This document shows, piece by piece, positions 9,066 to 18,251 of a stretch of DNA of 64,000 nt; the first letter of the stretch is position 1, and every line of letters begins with the position of its first letter. The position numbers and the translations under genes were made by a program. Location of the stretch: contig CAZOQP010000001.1 in the NCBI GenBank assembly GCA_964582295.1, positions 84,754 through 148,753 of the forward strand. The letters run 5' to 3'. Origin of the DNA: an uncultured Candidatus Saccharibacteria bacterium. Lineage in GTDB: Bacteria > Patescibacteriota > Minisyncoccia > Phycocordibacterales > Zambryskibacteraceae. Under the pieces are notes generated by a model. The model searched no databases and was not told where the DNA came from. It saw only the letters and a list, made by a program, of their open reading frames with translations.

Positions 9066-9797
9066 TTATACGCCCCCCATCTCGTCACGATGGGGGGTTT
9101 GATTTTGGCGGATAAATTTCGCAGTAAGCCTGGTGGCATACTTTACGCTTTCCGTCACTTTTTTCCCTTTAATAAATGATGAGATGAAATAAGCAAAGAA
9201 AGTATCTCCCGCACCTATGGTGTGTCTCGTGCCAATGACGGTCTCAGCTGGCACCTGGGTTGAAGCACTATTTTCAAAAACCGTACAGCCGTTCCTGCCT
9301 TCGGTCATGAGTAATATTTTATTTTTTTGCATGTCCATAAAATCTAAAGGTATGAATTGCGATTCCTGTTTAGTGCATTTGAGACATACGATATTACTAG
9401 TAATATTTTTGGAAGGAACCCATTCTTTTTTCTTGCCAAAATCAACTCCATTCCTCACGTATCCTTGAGCATCAAGGAATATTTGCCCTTTATATTCGCT
9501 AATATTACTTAAATCGAAATCATCTAGAACACTCGAGATGAGGAGGAAAGGCGTTTTTATGGAAGAAAAATCGACCTGCATTGAGGGAAACTCCCTATTC
9601 ATTTTTCCGAACTCCTCGCCATCCTTCAAGAGAATGTCCACACTTAGAACCGGCGGTGAAATCATGGAAAATTCGACATTCTCCTTCTGAAGTGCGGCGG
9701 AAATAAAAAATGCCGGTCCTCCGTTCCGGGATTCAAGCGCGGCGCCAGTCTCGTCTACCAGCTTATCTTCAGCAGATGTCGCCAAAACAGTCAGCAT
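9066..9797 (-). CDS. PfkB/ribokinase-family kinase
   Basis: N-terminal GGPA, LDAQGYVR, C-terminal TIGAGDTFFA anion hole. Confidence 0.88.
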   Translation of the reverse strand: MLTVLATSAEDKLVDETGAALESRNGGPAFFISAALQKENVEFSMISPPVLSVDILLKDGEEFGKMNREFPSMQVDFSSIKTPFLLISSVLDDFDLSNISEYKGQIFLDAQGYVRNGVDFGKKKEWVPSKNITSNIVCLKCTKQESQFIPLDFMDMQKNKILLMTEGRNGCTVFENSASTQVPAETVIGTRHTIGAGDTFFAYFISSFIKGKKVTESVKYATRLTAKFIRQNQTPHRDEMGGV

Positions 9798-9807
9798 CTT
9801 TTTCCTC

Positions 9808-10338
9808 TTATTGTGCTGAAAGTTCCAGAGCTAAAGCGACTGCCTCATCGGGTGTTTTGGCTGACCGTACCTTGAATCTCTGTCTATCATCAATATAAGT
9901 GTCTACCAATTTATCGGCCCAGCCGCCTGTCCCTGCAATTGCAATAACGGGAATATTCAATTGATACGCAATCGCTGCTTCAGTTAAAGTCCCCGACCCT
10001 CCGGACAGGATAATAACGACATCACAAGAATTCACGAGAACGAATTCTCTTCCCCCTCCGCGCTCAAGCCCGCTTGAAATTATGACGTCGGTATTGTTCT
10101 CTTTGTCCCATATATCTTTCCCCTTTCCATATGTTACGCCAACAGTAAGACCACCCGCGCTTTTCGCTCCGCGTGCAGCAGCAGTGGAAAGAGAATCATA
10201 ATCTTTTTCCGCACCATAAATAGTGATGTTGCCAGTCTCGGCGATGCGTTTGCCAATTTCAAAAGCTATTTTTTCTATATCTTTTGTGTACTGGAGATCG
10301 GCAGCCGATCCCATGACACCAATCTGAATTTTTCTCAT
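9808..10338 (-). CDS. LOG/SLOG-family Rossmann-fold protein (TIGR00725-like)
   Basis: IGVMGS, AARGAK.AGG.TVG, R..V.V.S.D.VI.L.GGSGTLTE..AY. Confidence 0.88.
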   Translation of the reverse strand: MRKIQIGVMGSAADLQYTKDIEKIAFEIGKRIAETGNITIYGAEKDYDSLSTAAARGAKSAGGLTVGVTYGKGKDIWDKENNTDVIISSGLERGGGREFVLVNSCDVVIILSGGSGTLTEAAIAYQLNIPVIAIAGTGGWADKLVDTYIDDRQRFKVRSAKTPDEAVALALELSAQ

Positions 10339-10413
10339 AAGATGTATTATTCACAAAATTTTCCCAAAAACAAACACCCTCCGCAATCAATAGCAAAGGG
10401 TGTCTGGTAACTC

Positions 10414-11370
10414 TTACAACGCGTCCACCGCTAACTGAAGTGTAGACAAGATCGGTACCATGTCATTGTTCCATCCGAGCGGGCGTCGATCGATATCCCG
10501 ATTGTAGACGACACGCGAAGAAACCAACTGAATTGTCCTCCACAAGTCTATCGACTGATGGAGACAGAAGAGCGACCACTCCCTCACTTTTTCAGGAGGA
10601 ATACTCGCCCACTTCTCCACATCACCAAATGGATGAACATACGACGCCCCCATTTCTGGTACATCAGGGACCGGCTCTCCATTGATCATACGCCCGACAA
10701 GTCGTCCGGAAAGAGGCACGCCGGGATAAAAATCACGCTCGCAGACTTCATCAATGACATTGCCAAGATGGATCGCGGAGTGAATTTTGAGACCTGGATT
10801 ATCCTCACTGCACGAAGTGAGAATATTTTCCTTGCCATCACCGATGGATACCGCCGCGACAATCCGGCCGACCTTGACTCCCGCTTGGTTGAACAGCTTC
10901 ACAACATCAATGATGTTATCTCCGCTGAATACAACATCATCGACGAGCTGGATGTGTTGCCCTGGCGGAAGTTGCTGAACGATACGTTCAATCTGGTCGG
11001 AGATTGATTCTCCGCTTCTGGAACCGTGTCCGATTGGCGTTTTCTGCGAGTCGGCAATCCTGGTCCAGCGGAAATAGTGCCCCCTATCTGTATATACGCG
11101 ATCGAGAGAAATGGTTGGACAGTGCCCATCGACGATCAGGGAATCGAAAGCTTCCATGATTTCTTCCGCTGACAGGAGAACAATCCTGTAATCAGGGAAG
11201 ATACTGGCAAGCTTCGCTTTCATTCTGCGCCGGAGAGCTCTGAAAACCTCATTGCCGGGGCATATGAATCCCCTCTTCTTGCACCACCGCGCCAACAAGA
11301 TATCAATGTCTTGTGACACTACATACTGTTGACGATGGTCATCCTCCTGTATCGAAGTTCTGTAATCCAC
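10414..11370 (-). CDS. Type I phosphoribosyltransferase-fold protein
   Basis: PRPP-binding loop IQLVDDVVFSGDNI; GTG start with AAGGAGG SD; own TTGACA-17-TACTCT promoter at about 11457-11485. Confidence 0.75.
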   Translation of the reverse strand: MDYRTSIQEDDHRQQYVVSQDIDILLARWCKKRGFICPGNEVFRALRRRMKAKLASIFPDYRIVLLSAEEIMEAFDSLIVDGHCPTISLDRVYTDRGHYFRWTRIADSQKTPIGHGSRSGESISDQIERIVQQLPPGQHIQLVDDVVFSGDNIIDVVKLFNQAGVKVGRIVAAVSIGDGKENILTSCSEDNPGLKIHSAIHLGNVIDEVCERDFYPGVPLSGRLVGRMINGEPVPDVPEMGASYVHPFGDVEKWASIPPEKVREWSLFCLHQSIDLWRTIQLVSSRVVYNRDIDRRPLGWNNDMVPILSTLQLAVDAL

Positions 11371-11487
11371 TGATCTACCCTCCTTCGGGGCTTGTGTTAC
11401 AAGTGACGAATGACGACGAGCAAAAGAGGCCCGTAGGACTCTCGTTTTCTACATCAAGAGTACGGCGATATTGAACATTTGTCAATA

Positions 11488-12996
11488 CTATATGGCTAAG
11501 TTCCTCATCACCTCTCTGACCTTCTCGATATCCTTATGCAGTTCTCTATCATGACTCAAAAAAGGAACTTTCCTGCGGATCGCTTTATAATAAATTTTTG
11601 TGAGTTTGCCCAATTTTTTAGGATTCCTGAAATCTATAGCCTGGCAAGCGGTAAGGAACTCAATTGCCAAAACATTTTCAACATTCTCAATAATCTTAAC
11701 CGCTTTCCGTACAGCAATAGTTCCCATGCTCACATGATCTTCCTGGTTTGCCGATGTTGGTATGGAGTCAACGGAAGCAGGATGGGCAAGAACTTTATTT
11801 TCCGATACCAATGCTGCTGCAGTGTATTGCGAGATCATGAGTCCGCTATGAAGACCCGCCTTGTCAGGCGAGATCAAAAAAGCAGGGAGTCCGTTGCTGG
11901 TTGATGGATCTATGAGTTTTGCAGTACGTCTTTCCGAGATGTTTGCTATCTCAGAAATTGCTATTGCAAGAGTATCGAAAGCGATAGCGATAGGTTCACC
12001 ATGAAAGTTACCTCCCGAGATCGCCTGATCCGGGTTTTGGAATATGAGTGGATTATCGGTTACGGAATTCAGCTCCCTGACGACCGTCTCCTCTACATAT
12101 GCGATGGCGTCTCTCGATGCACCGTGAATTTGAGGTGTGCAGCGTAAAGAATAAGAGTCCTGTATTCTCCCGGGAACCGAATCGATCAGTCGGGAGCCAG
12201 CTATGAATTTCCTTATATTTTCTGCGACCAGTTTTTGGCCGGGATGCGGTCGAAGGTTATGGATGCGTTTATCAAAAGCGGAAGAAACGGCACATGATGC
12301 TTCAAGGGTAAGAGCACATCCGACATCGGCCAGATTTACGAGTTTTTTTGTCTTTACCAAAGCAAGAGCGGCAAGCCCCGTCATTACAGATGTCCCGTTA
12401 TTAAATGCCAAACCCTCTTTTGCAGCCAAAACTGTAGGACTCAAACCGGCTTTTTTCATAGCCGTGCCGCCGGGCATGAGCTTTCCTTTATAAAAAGCCT
12501 TTCCTTCTCCCATAAGTACCAAACCGATATGAGACAAGGGGGCCAAATCTCCGGAGGAGCCCACTGAACCTTGCGATGGTACTGCAGGAATTACATTTCT
12601 ATTGATCATTTCGCAAAACAACTCCAGGAATTCCAGACGTACACCGGAATATCCCTGTGCGAGGGAGTTGAGGCGAACAAGCATGGCCGCTTTTACTTGT
12701 TCTATGGAAAAAAGTTCACCTACTCCTGTCGAATGACTCCTGATCAGATTTTTCTGCAATTCTTCCACATCCTCTGCTGAGATCAACTTGTCCTTAAAAC
12801 TGCCGAAGCCGGTGGTAATTCCATAAACGACTTTCCTCCCTTTCAACATCCTCTCAACTACATCTCTGGATTTTTTGATGCGTCTTTTGGCGATAGCAGA
12901 TAGTTTTACTTTCGCTTTGACGTTATGAGCAACGAGATCTACAGCTTCAGGGGACAGATGGTGGTCTGGGCCAATTTCCAGGTTGCTTGTAGCCAT
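11488..12996 (-). CDS. hutH: Histidine ammonia-lyase (MIO enzyme)
   Basis: YGITTGFG, His-specific NLIRSH, GSVGSSGDLAPLSH (MIO triad SSG), KEGLA, QDSYSLRC.PQ, GGNFHG, QEDHVSMG. Confidence 0.95.
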   Translation of the reverse strand: MATSNLEIGPDHHLSPEAVDLVAHNVKAKVKLSAIAKRRIKKSRDVVERMLKGRKVVYGITTGFGSFKDKLISAEDVEELQKNLIRSHSTGVGELFSIEQVKAAMLVRLNSLAQGYSGVRLEFLELFCEMINRNVIPAVPSQGSVGSSGDLAPLSHIGLVLMGEGKAFYKGKLMPGGTAMKKAGLSPTVLAAKEGLAFNNGTSVMTGLAALALVKTKKLVNLADVGCALTLEASCAVSSAFDKRIHNLRPHPGQKLVAENIRKFIAGSRLIDSVPGRIQDSYSLRCTPQIHGASRDAIAYVEETVVRELNSVTDNPLIFQNPDQAISGGNFHGEPIAIAFDTLAIAISEIANISERRTAKLIDPSTSNGLPAFLISPDKAGLHSGLMISQYTAAALVSENKVLAHPASVDSIPTSANQEDHVSMGTIAVRKAVKIIENVENVLAIEFLTACQAIDFRNPKKLGKLTKIYYKAIRRKVPFLSHDRELHKDIEKVREVMRNLAI

Positions 12997-13070
12997 TTTT
13001 ATCAATACTAATCCTTGACAAGGTAAAAATCAAATGCCAGACATAATCAAAAATCTGGAATGCAGATAAC

Positions 13071-13098
13071 TTGATTTTTTCGAAAAAATCAGCATAAT
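13071..13098 (+). promoter_or_regulatory. Promoter containing a perfect 20-bp palindromic candidate operator
   Basis: TTGATT-16-CATAAT; palindrome TGATTTTTTCGAAAAAATCA at 13072-13091. Confidence 0.6.
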
Positions 13099-13106
13099 CA
13101 ATACTG

Positions 13107-13226
13107 ATGCATTACATGCACACAAAACTGAATAATCAGTGGATGACCCCGGCCTACCGTGGTCTTTTCTCCATTGTCTGCGATTGCAGAAACATTTTAT
13201 TCAGCCGTGATAGTTGTAGCGTATAA
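13107..13226 (+). CDS. Putative leader peptide (39 aa, MHYMHTKL...)
   Basis: Short open frame between the promoter and a terminator hairpin upstream of the GNAT gene. Confidence 0.4.
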   Translation: MHYMHTKLNNQWMTPAYRGLFSIVCDCRNILFSRDSCSV

Positions 13227-13247
13227 CTCCCCTATCTTTTCTCTCTA

Positions 13248-13284
13248 GAAAAATCTCGGCTGGATGAAAAAGCCGAGATTTTTC
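13248..13284 (+). terminator. Terminator/attenuator hairpin in the GNAT leader
   Basis: 14-bp stem gaaaaatctcggct/agccgagatttttc followed by a T-rich run. Confidence 0.7.
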
Positions 13285-13324
13285 ATTTAGCAATGTTCTT
13301 TCTTAAAACTTCACAGGAGAAAAA

Positions 13325-13918
13325 ATGGGGAAGAAAACTGCTGTTCCTAGGATTGTGTTTCGCATGGGTCGGCGTATTTATCTGCGTCCGGTACTCATGG
13401 AAGACATCCCACTTATCACAGTATGGATCAATGATCAGGATGTCACTCAATTCCTGATGGCTTCTATTCCTCTTACACCAGAAGCAGAAGAAACATGGAG
13501 AAAAAATCTGCAAGCAAAAGAAGACCAGGTAATTTTCGCTATCGTCTTGAAAAAAACGGATGAGATCATCGGAATCATGGGACTTCACCATATCAACCAC
13601 AAACACGGAACTGCCACCACTGGCTCTTTCATTGGACGCAAAGATCTATGGAGCAAAGGATACGGTACAGAAGCGAAGATGATAGTTCTCGAGTACGCAT
13701 TCAACACTCTTAATCTCCGAAAAATTTCATCCTCAGTAGCTGATTTCAATCCCCGAAGTAAAAGGTGCTTGGAAAAGTGTGGTTACAAAGTTGAAGGAAC
13801 ACAAAAAGCAGAATACTTCCGTAACGGAAGATATGTGGACAAAATCCTTCTCGCGGTTTTCAAGGATGAATTTCTTCCGTTCTGGAAAAAGTACAAAAAG
13901 GAATTCCTGAAAAACTAA
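13325..13918 (+). CDS. GNAT acetyltransferase, RimJ/RimL family
   Basis: IYLRP, W.KGYGTEA, AFNTLNLRKI, N..S....EK.GY..EG. Confidence 0.92.
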   Translation: MGKKTAVPRIVFRMGRRIYLRPVLMEDIPLITVWINDQDVTQFLMASIPLTPEAEETWRKNLQAKEDQVIFAIVLKKTDEIIGIMGLHHINHKHGTATTGSFIGRKDLWSKGYGTEAKMIVLEYAFNTLNLRKISSSVADFNPRSKRCLEKCGYKVEGTQKAEYFRNGRYVDKILLAVFKDEFLPFWKKYKKEFLKN

Positions 13919-13921
13919 AAG

Positions 13922-13950
13922 AAAAACACCGGTTCTCGGCCCGGTGTTTT
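13922..13950. terminator. Bidirectional terminator
   Basis: aaaacaccgg/ccggtgtttt hairpin between convergent genes. Confidence 0.7.
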
Positions 13951-13971
13951 CTCTTTGGTATTTTTGCAAAC

Positions 13972-14502
13972 CTACAAAGCTCTATTTATAGAAATGCTTA
14001 CTTCGCGGGTAGCTTCCTCAAGACTTGCGATAGCAATGATTACAGTAGTGCTTACATTCTGAACAGTGCGCCTTGCAAAAATAGTGGCACGTGAGCCGTC
14101 AACCTGGCTTGATGTTACCTCAAAGCCATTCTTCCTCATATATTCAAGATACGCTTCAAAAAGTCCGTTAGAGCTTGAGCTTGTCTTGTAGGTAGTTACA
14201 TAAACATCTGCCATGCGACCGTCTTTTGCCGTAGCGATAGAGTGATGCGAGCGGCTGATGTCCGCATCTTTTACCAAAATAAGATCTTTACTGAATCCCT
14301 CAACCAATTTTCCTGCTGGTGCTGTGTCCTGCAACTGAAGATTGAAATACCTCCCCTCTCCTTTGCCCCACCAGAAACCGGCAGCAATAAGAGCGATGAT
14401 GACTGCAAGAAGAATGAGAAGGGCCGGAACAGGGGATTTCTTCGGCTCTTCTTTGACCGGGGCGAAGCTGCCCATATTCATATTGTTAACTTGAGGTTCC
14501 AT
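13972..14502 (-). CDS. Hypothetical single-pass membrane protein
   Basis: One TM helix after a short N-terminal segment; start moved to MEPQ at 14502. Confidence 0.6.
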   Translation of the reverse strand: MEPQVNNMNMGSFAPVKEEPKKSPVPALLILLAVIIALIAAGFWWGKGEGRYFNLQLQDTAPAGKLVEGFSKDLILVKDADISRSHHSIATAKDGRMADVYVTTYKTSSSSNGLFEAYLEYMRKNGFEVTSSQVDGSRATIFARRTVQNVSTTVIIAIASLEEATREVSISINRAL

Positions 14503-14588
14503 ACTACATCCAGTGTAACACCGCCTGAAGTGTGCAATGTTTTTAATCCACAGGTACTTGGGGTAAAGCACCGAAATTCAGTGCCCAG

Positions 14589-14616
14589 TTGACAAAAAAC
14601 ATCGTATGTGTATAAT
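14589..14616 (+). promoter_or_regulatory. nusA promoter
   Basis: TTGACA-16-TATAAT with TG extension. Confidence 0.8.
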
Positions 14617-14679
14617 GCTCACATTAATAGTAATGGTTCGCCCGAAAGGGCGGGCCATTATTTTTAGACAAAATAAAAC

Positions 14680-15951
14680 ATGTTTGACCTAAAAGTCATC
14701 AATTCAGTGCTCCAGGAGCTTGAAGAAACCCGCGGCATACCGCGTGAAAAAGTTATAGAAGCCATTGAAGCCGCGCTTGCGACCGCCTACCGAAAAGAAT
14801 TCGGCAAGCGCGGCCAGGTTGTGCGCGCCAAATTTGATATTACTACCGGAAAGGTGGACTTTTTCCAGGTGAAAACAGTGGTGGACGACAGCCGTGTGGT
14901 GATGACGGACGAAGACCTCGCCATTGAACGCGTGGAAAATCCTGAATCTCTGCGTGTGCTTTTCAATCCGGAACACGACATCATGATAGATGACGCACGC
15001 CTTATAAAAAGAGATGCGGAAATAGACGGCGAGATAGTCTTCCCTCTTGAAGCCAAAGCTGATTTCGGACGCATCGCATCCCAAACAGCAAAGCAGGTCA
15101 TCATGCAGAAGATCCGCGAAGCTGAAAAAGTATCGGTCGTTGGTGAATTCGGCAAGAGAGAAGGAGAGATTATTTCCGGCACCGTGCAAAGAATTGAACG
15201 CGGCAATATTTTCCTTGACCTCGGGCGTGCCACCGGCCTTCTTTCATACGACGAAAGAATACCAGGCGAACATTTCACACAAGGCGAAAGAGTGCGCGCA
15301 TATCTTTACCGCGTAGAGGAAAGTCCTCGCGGAGTTTTCCTGCGCCTTTCGCGTTCTCATCCTAAATTCGTGGAGAAACTTTTTGAACTTGAATCGCCCG
15401 AAGTGGCAAACGGCACTGTGGTAGTGAAAGCTGTGGCACGAGAAGCCGGCTCCCGCACCAAAATAGCCGCATCTTCAGAAGACCAGCATGTTGACCCAGT
15501 GGGCTCAATGGTTGGCCAGCGCGGCGTGCGTGTTTCAACTGTAATGTCCGAAATAGGCGGAGAAAAAATAGACATCATAGAGTGGTCTGCAGATGCAAAA
15601 CGCTTCATAGAAGACTCTCTTTCCCCTGCAAAAGTCATGAACGTGGAAGTGGACGAGGAAAATCGCCAGGCAACGGTTGAAGTTTCGGAAGACCAGCAGT
15701 CGCTTGCCATCGGCCGCGGCGGGCAGAATGTACGCCTAGCTGCAAAACTCACCGGCTTCAAACTTGATATTCATTCATTGGGCGGTATGGAACTTGCTCA
15801 CGCAGATGTTACCCCCGATGCAACAATTGAGCCGGCACCTATTGCACAAGATATCCATGGAGAAGCGCCTGTAATAGAAGAGACGCTCAAGGACGTGAAG
15901 GAAGCACTTGAAGATTCTAAGGGAGCTTCAGGGGAGGAAACCAAGGCCTAA
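14680..15951 (+). CDS. nusA: Transcription termination factor NusA
   Basis: NusA N-domain, FGRIASQTAKQVI.QKIREAE, S1 and KH domains (AREAGSRTKIA, SLAIGRGGQNVRLA). Confidence 0.97.
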   Translation: MFDLKVINSVLQELEETRGIPREKVIEAIEAALATAYRKEFGKRGQVVRAKFDITTGKVDFFQVKTVVDDSRVVMTDEDLAIERVENPESLRVLFNPEHDIMIDDARLIKRDAEIDGEIVFPLEAKADFGRIASQTAKQVIMQKIREAEKVSVVGEFGKREGEIISGTVQRIERGNIFLDLGRATGLLSYDERIPGEHFTQGERVRAYLYRVEESPRGVFLRLSRSHPKFVEKLFELESPEVANGTVVVKAVAREAGSRTKIAASSEDQHVDPVGSMVGQRGVRVSTVMSEIGGEKIDIIEWSADAKRFIEDSLSPAKVMNVEVDEENRQATVEVSEDQQSLAIGRGGQNVRLAAKLTGFKLDIHSLGGMELAHADVTPDATIEPAPIAQDIHGEAPVIEETLKDVKEALEDSKGASGEETKA

Positions 15952-16033
15952 TTGCGCCCAAGTCTCATAGAGATATAATGTATGCGATACATTGGTATCG
16001 CGCTCTTACCCGCTAACTACCCTACTTAAACTT

Positions 16034-16786
16034 ATGAAAATACAGCCGTTCGTAATAACCGCCGCCATCGCCCTTTCCTTCGCAGTCGCATCGGCCGCAT
16101 TCGCACAGGAGGAAGAAACAAGACCTGAAAGCATAAAAACACCTTTCCGCTCCGCTATTGAAACTGTAAAGGAGAACTTCAAAGCTTCAACCGAACCATT
16201 GCGAAAGGATTTGGATGTACAAAGAGAAGAGGCCAAGAAAAAACTTGAAGCCAGCCGGGCAGAGGTGAAAGAGAAAACAGAGGCCCAAAGAGCAGATATG
16301 AAGCAGAAAGTGGATACCCTGAAGACCGAAAGAAAAGTAGAATTCAGGAAGATCCGTGAAGAAGATAAGGATGTCTCGCGCAAGAATGTAGAGAAGAACC
16401 TTACAAAATACATCGGAAATGCAGTAGAGAGATTGAGCAATGCCGTTACCAATCTTGAAAATGTAGTAACTCGCCTCAATGAACGCATTGAACTTCTTAA
16501 CAATGACGGCAAAGATACCACCGTGGCCTCCGCATTGGTAGCTGAGGCTGTAGCCAAAATAGAATCTGCCAAAACAGGCATTGCGGCTCTTCCTGCGCTT
16601 CAAACAGACGGCTTGCAGGCAGAAAAGCTTTCCGAAGGAATAACTGTTGTCAGGGAATCTCTCAAAAATATCCAGGACGACCTGAAATCTGCTAAAGAGT
16701 CTCTTATAAAGGCACTTCGGGAGGTAAAAGGACTTGGGCCGATAGAGAAAATAGAGGCAGATGCAGGATCTCAAGCAGCAGAATAA
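16034..16786 (+). CDS. Secreted coiled-coil hypothetical protein
   Basis: Signal peptide ending AFA-Q; long helical K/E/A-rich body. Confidence 0.7.
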   Translation: MKIQPFVITAAIALSFAVASAAFAQEEETRPESIKTPFRSAIETVKENFKASTEPLRKDLDVQREEAKKKLEASRAEVKEKTEAQRADMKQKVDTLKTERKVEFRKIREEDKDVSRKNVEKNLTKYIGNAVERLSNAVTNLENVVTRLNERIELLNNDGKDTTVASALVAEAVAKIESAKTGIAALPALQTDGLQAEKLSEGITVVRESLKNIQDDLKSAKESLIKALREVKGLGPIEKIEADAGSQAAE

Positions 16787-16804
16787 ACTTAAAAATAAAT
16801 CAAC

Positions 16805-17074
16805 ATGTACACACCAGACTACAACAACGCAATGATGCAGAGTGAGCCGGAGGGCGGTTCGTGGGGTTCTCTTATTGCGATAATCGTCATAATAGCGATC
16901 ATCGTTCTCGGAGGAGTATACTTCTGGGGCAAGAATAAAGCGGGTGTCCCAAACGAAGCGAACAACTCGTCTTTAACTACAGATCCGGAAGATATTGAAG
17001 CGGACCTCAATAACACCGACTTAGATATTGAAGCGGACTTGAATGCGATAGATGCTGGCGTACTGGGAAGCTAA
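16805..17074 (+). CDS. Small single-pass membrane protein with acidic tail
   Basis: TM helix GSLIAIIVIIAIIVLGGVYFW; DIEADL repeated twice. Confidence 0.7.
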   Translation: MYTPDYNNAMMQSEPEGGSWGSLIAIIVIIAIIVLGGVYFWGKNKAGVPNEANNSSLTTDPEDIEADLNNTDLDIEADLNAIDAGVLGS

Positions 17075-17095
17075 CTGGAAAAGAAAATAATGGGC

Positions 17096-17130
17096 ACACA
17101 AAAAATAGCGACATGTCGCTATTTTTTGTG
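17096..17130. terminator. Palindromic terminator
   Basis: cacaaaaaatagcgacatgtcgctattttttgtg. Confidence 0.7.
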
Positions 17131-17188
17131 TGCTGGCTTGTGTTTTTAGGTAGTACATTGTAGGTTGTCTGTTGTAAGTCAAATACTT

Positions 17189-18205
17189 ATGGCAAAAGCA
17201 TATAAAAAAGTCAGCCTCCAAAAAAGCGACGGTTCCCGCATAAAAATAGCGGCCTCGGTTGAGTGGAAAAAACTTGAAGAGAAGGCCCAGGAAGCCCTGC
17301 AGGCAATGCTCCTATCTGCCGAGCTTCCGGGATTCAGAAAGGGTAAAGTCCCGAAAGACGTTTTCATTGAAAAGGTAGGTGAAATGACCATCCTTGAAGA
17401 AGGTGCCGAAAGAGCTATTGCGGATGCATATCCTGAAATAATCCGCGACCAAAAACTTCTGCCGGTATCACGCCCGATCATTCGCATCACAAAACTGGCT
17501 GCCAAGAACGACCTTGAATTTGAAGCCGAAGTTGAAACCATGCCAGACATTGAACTCCCAGATTACAAAAACATCGCCAAAAGCGTACCCACAGAAGCTC
17601 CGGACACAACTGTTACAGACGAGGAAGTGGACACGGTGCTTCACAATCTCCAGCACCAGGTAATGAAAACCGCGGATGAAAAAGAAAATCATCCAGAGAT
17701 CAATGACGAATTCGCAAAGAAGGTGGGCAATTTTTCATCCCTTGATGAATTGAAAAAACACATCCGTGAAAATATCGTGGTTGAAAAAGAACTGCGCGCA
17801 AAAGACAAACGTCGCGCCGCCATCGCCGAAAAACTCATTTCAGAAACTAAAGGAGATCTGCCGAGTGTTCTTCTAGACGACGAAGCCCGTGCCCTTTTGG
17901 AAAGACTGAAATTTGATCTTGGGAACGCCGGAGTGAAATGGGACGAGTATCTGAAAAATATAAACAAGACCGAACAAGAAATTCTAAAAGAAGTGCGTCC
18001 TGATGCTGAAAAAAGAGTGCGATTGGAAATTGCAGTTGCAAAAATAGCCAAAGCCGAAAAACTTGAGCCCAAAGCGGAAGAAATAAAGGGTGAGGTTGAT
18101 AAAATATTGAAAATGCACGCAAGTGCCGACCCTATCCGCGCCGAAGAATATGTGCGCTCCGTTCTAATGAACAGAGATGTTTTCCGTTTTTTGGAAACTC
18201 TTTAA
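17189..18205 (+). CDS. tig: Trigger factor (short form, apparently lacking most of the FKBP domain)
   Basis: Ribosome-binding GFRKGKVP, P.IELPDYK, PEINDEFAK, C-terminal domain. Confidence 0.92.
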   Translation: MAKAYKKVSLQKSDGSRIKIAASVEWKKLEEKAQEALQAMLLSAELPGFRKGKVPKDVFIEKVGEMTILEEGAERAIADAYPEIIRDQKLLPVSRPIIRITKLAAKNDLEFEAEVETMPDIELPDYKNIAKSVPTEAPDTTVTDEEVDTVLHNLQHQVMKTADEKENHPEINDEFAKKVGNFSSLDELKKHIRENIVVEKELRAKDKRRAAIAEKLISETKGDLPSVLLDDEARALLERLKFDLGNAGVKWDEYLKNINKTEQEILKEVRPDAEKRVRLEIAVAKIAKAEKLEPKAEEIKGEVDKILKMHASADPIRAEEYVRSVLMNRDVFRFLETL

Positions 18206-18251
18206 TTTTTTGTAATGAGGAAAGTCCGCCACAACATCGTGAGCGGACTTT

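Noticed and set aside
9066-9105. Odd PfkB C-terminus (QNQTPHRDEMGGV) as a frameshift or fusion signal
   Set aside because: Explained by the ORF reading through the terminator hairpin shared with the convergent HAD gene
18217-18251. GAGGAAAGTCCG resembling the RNase P RNA conserved region
   Set aside because: It is one arm of a short terminator hairpin (aaagtccgc/gcggacttt) between convergent genes; there is no room for rnpB and no other rnpB motifs
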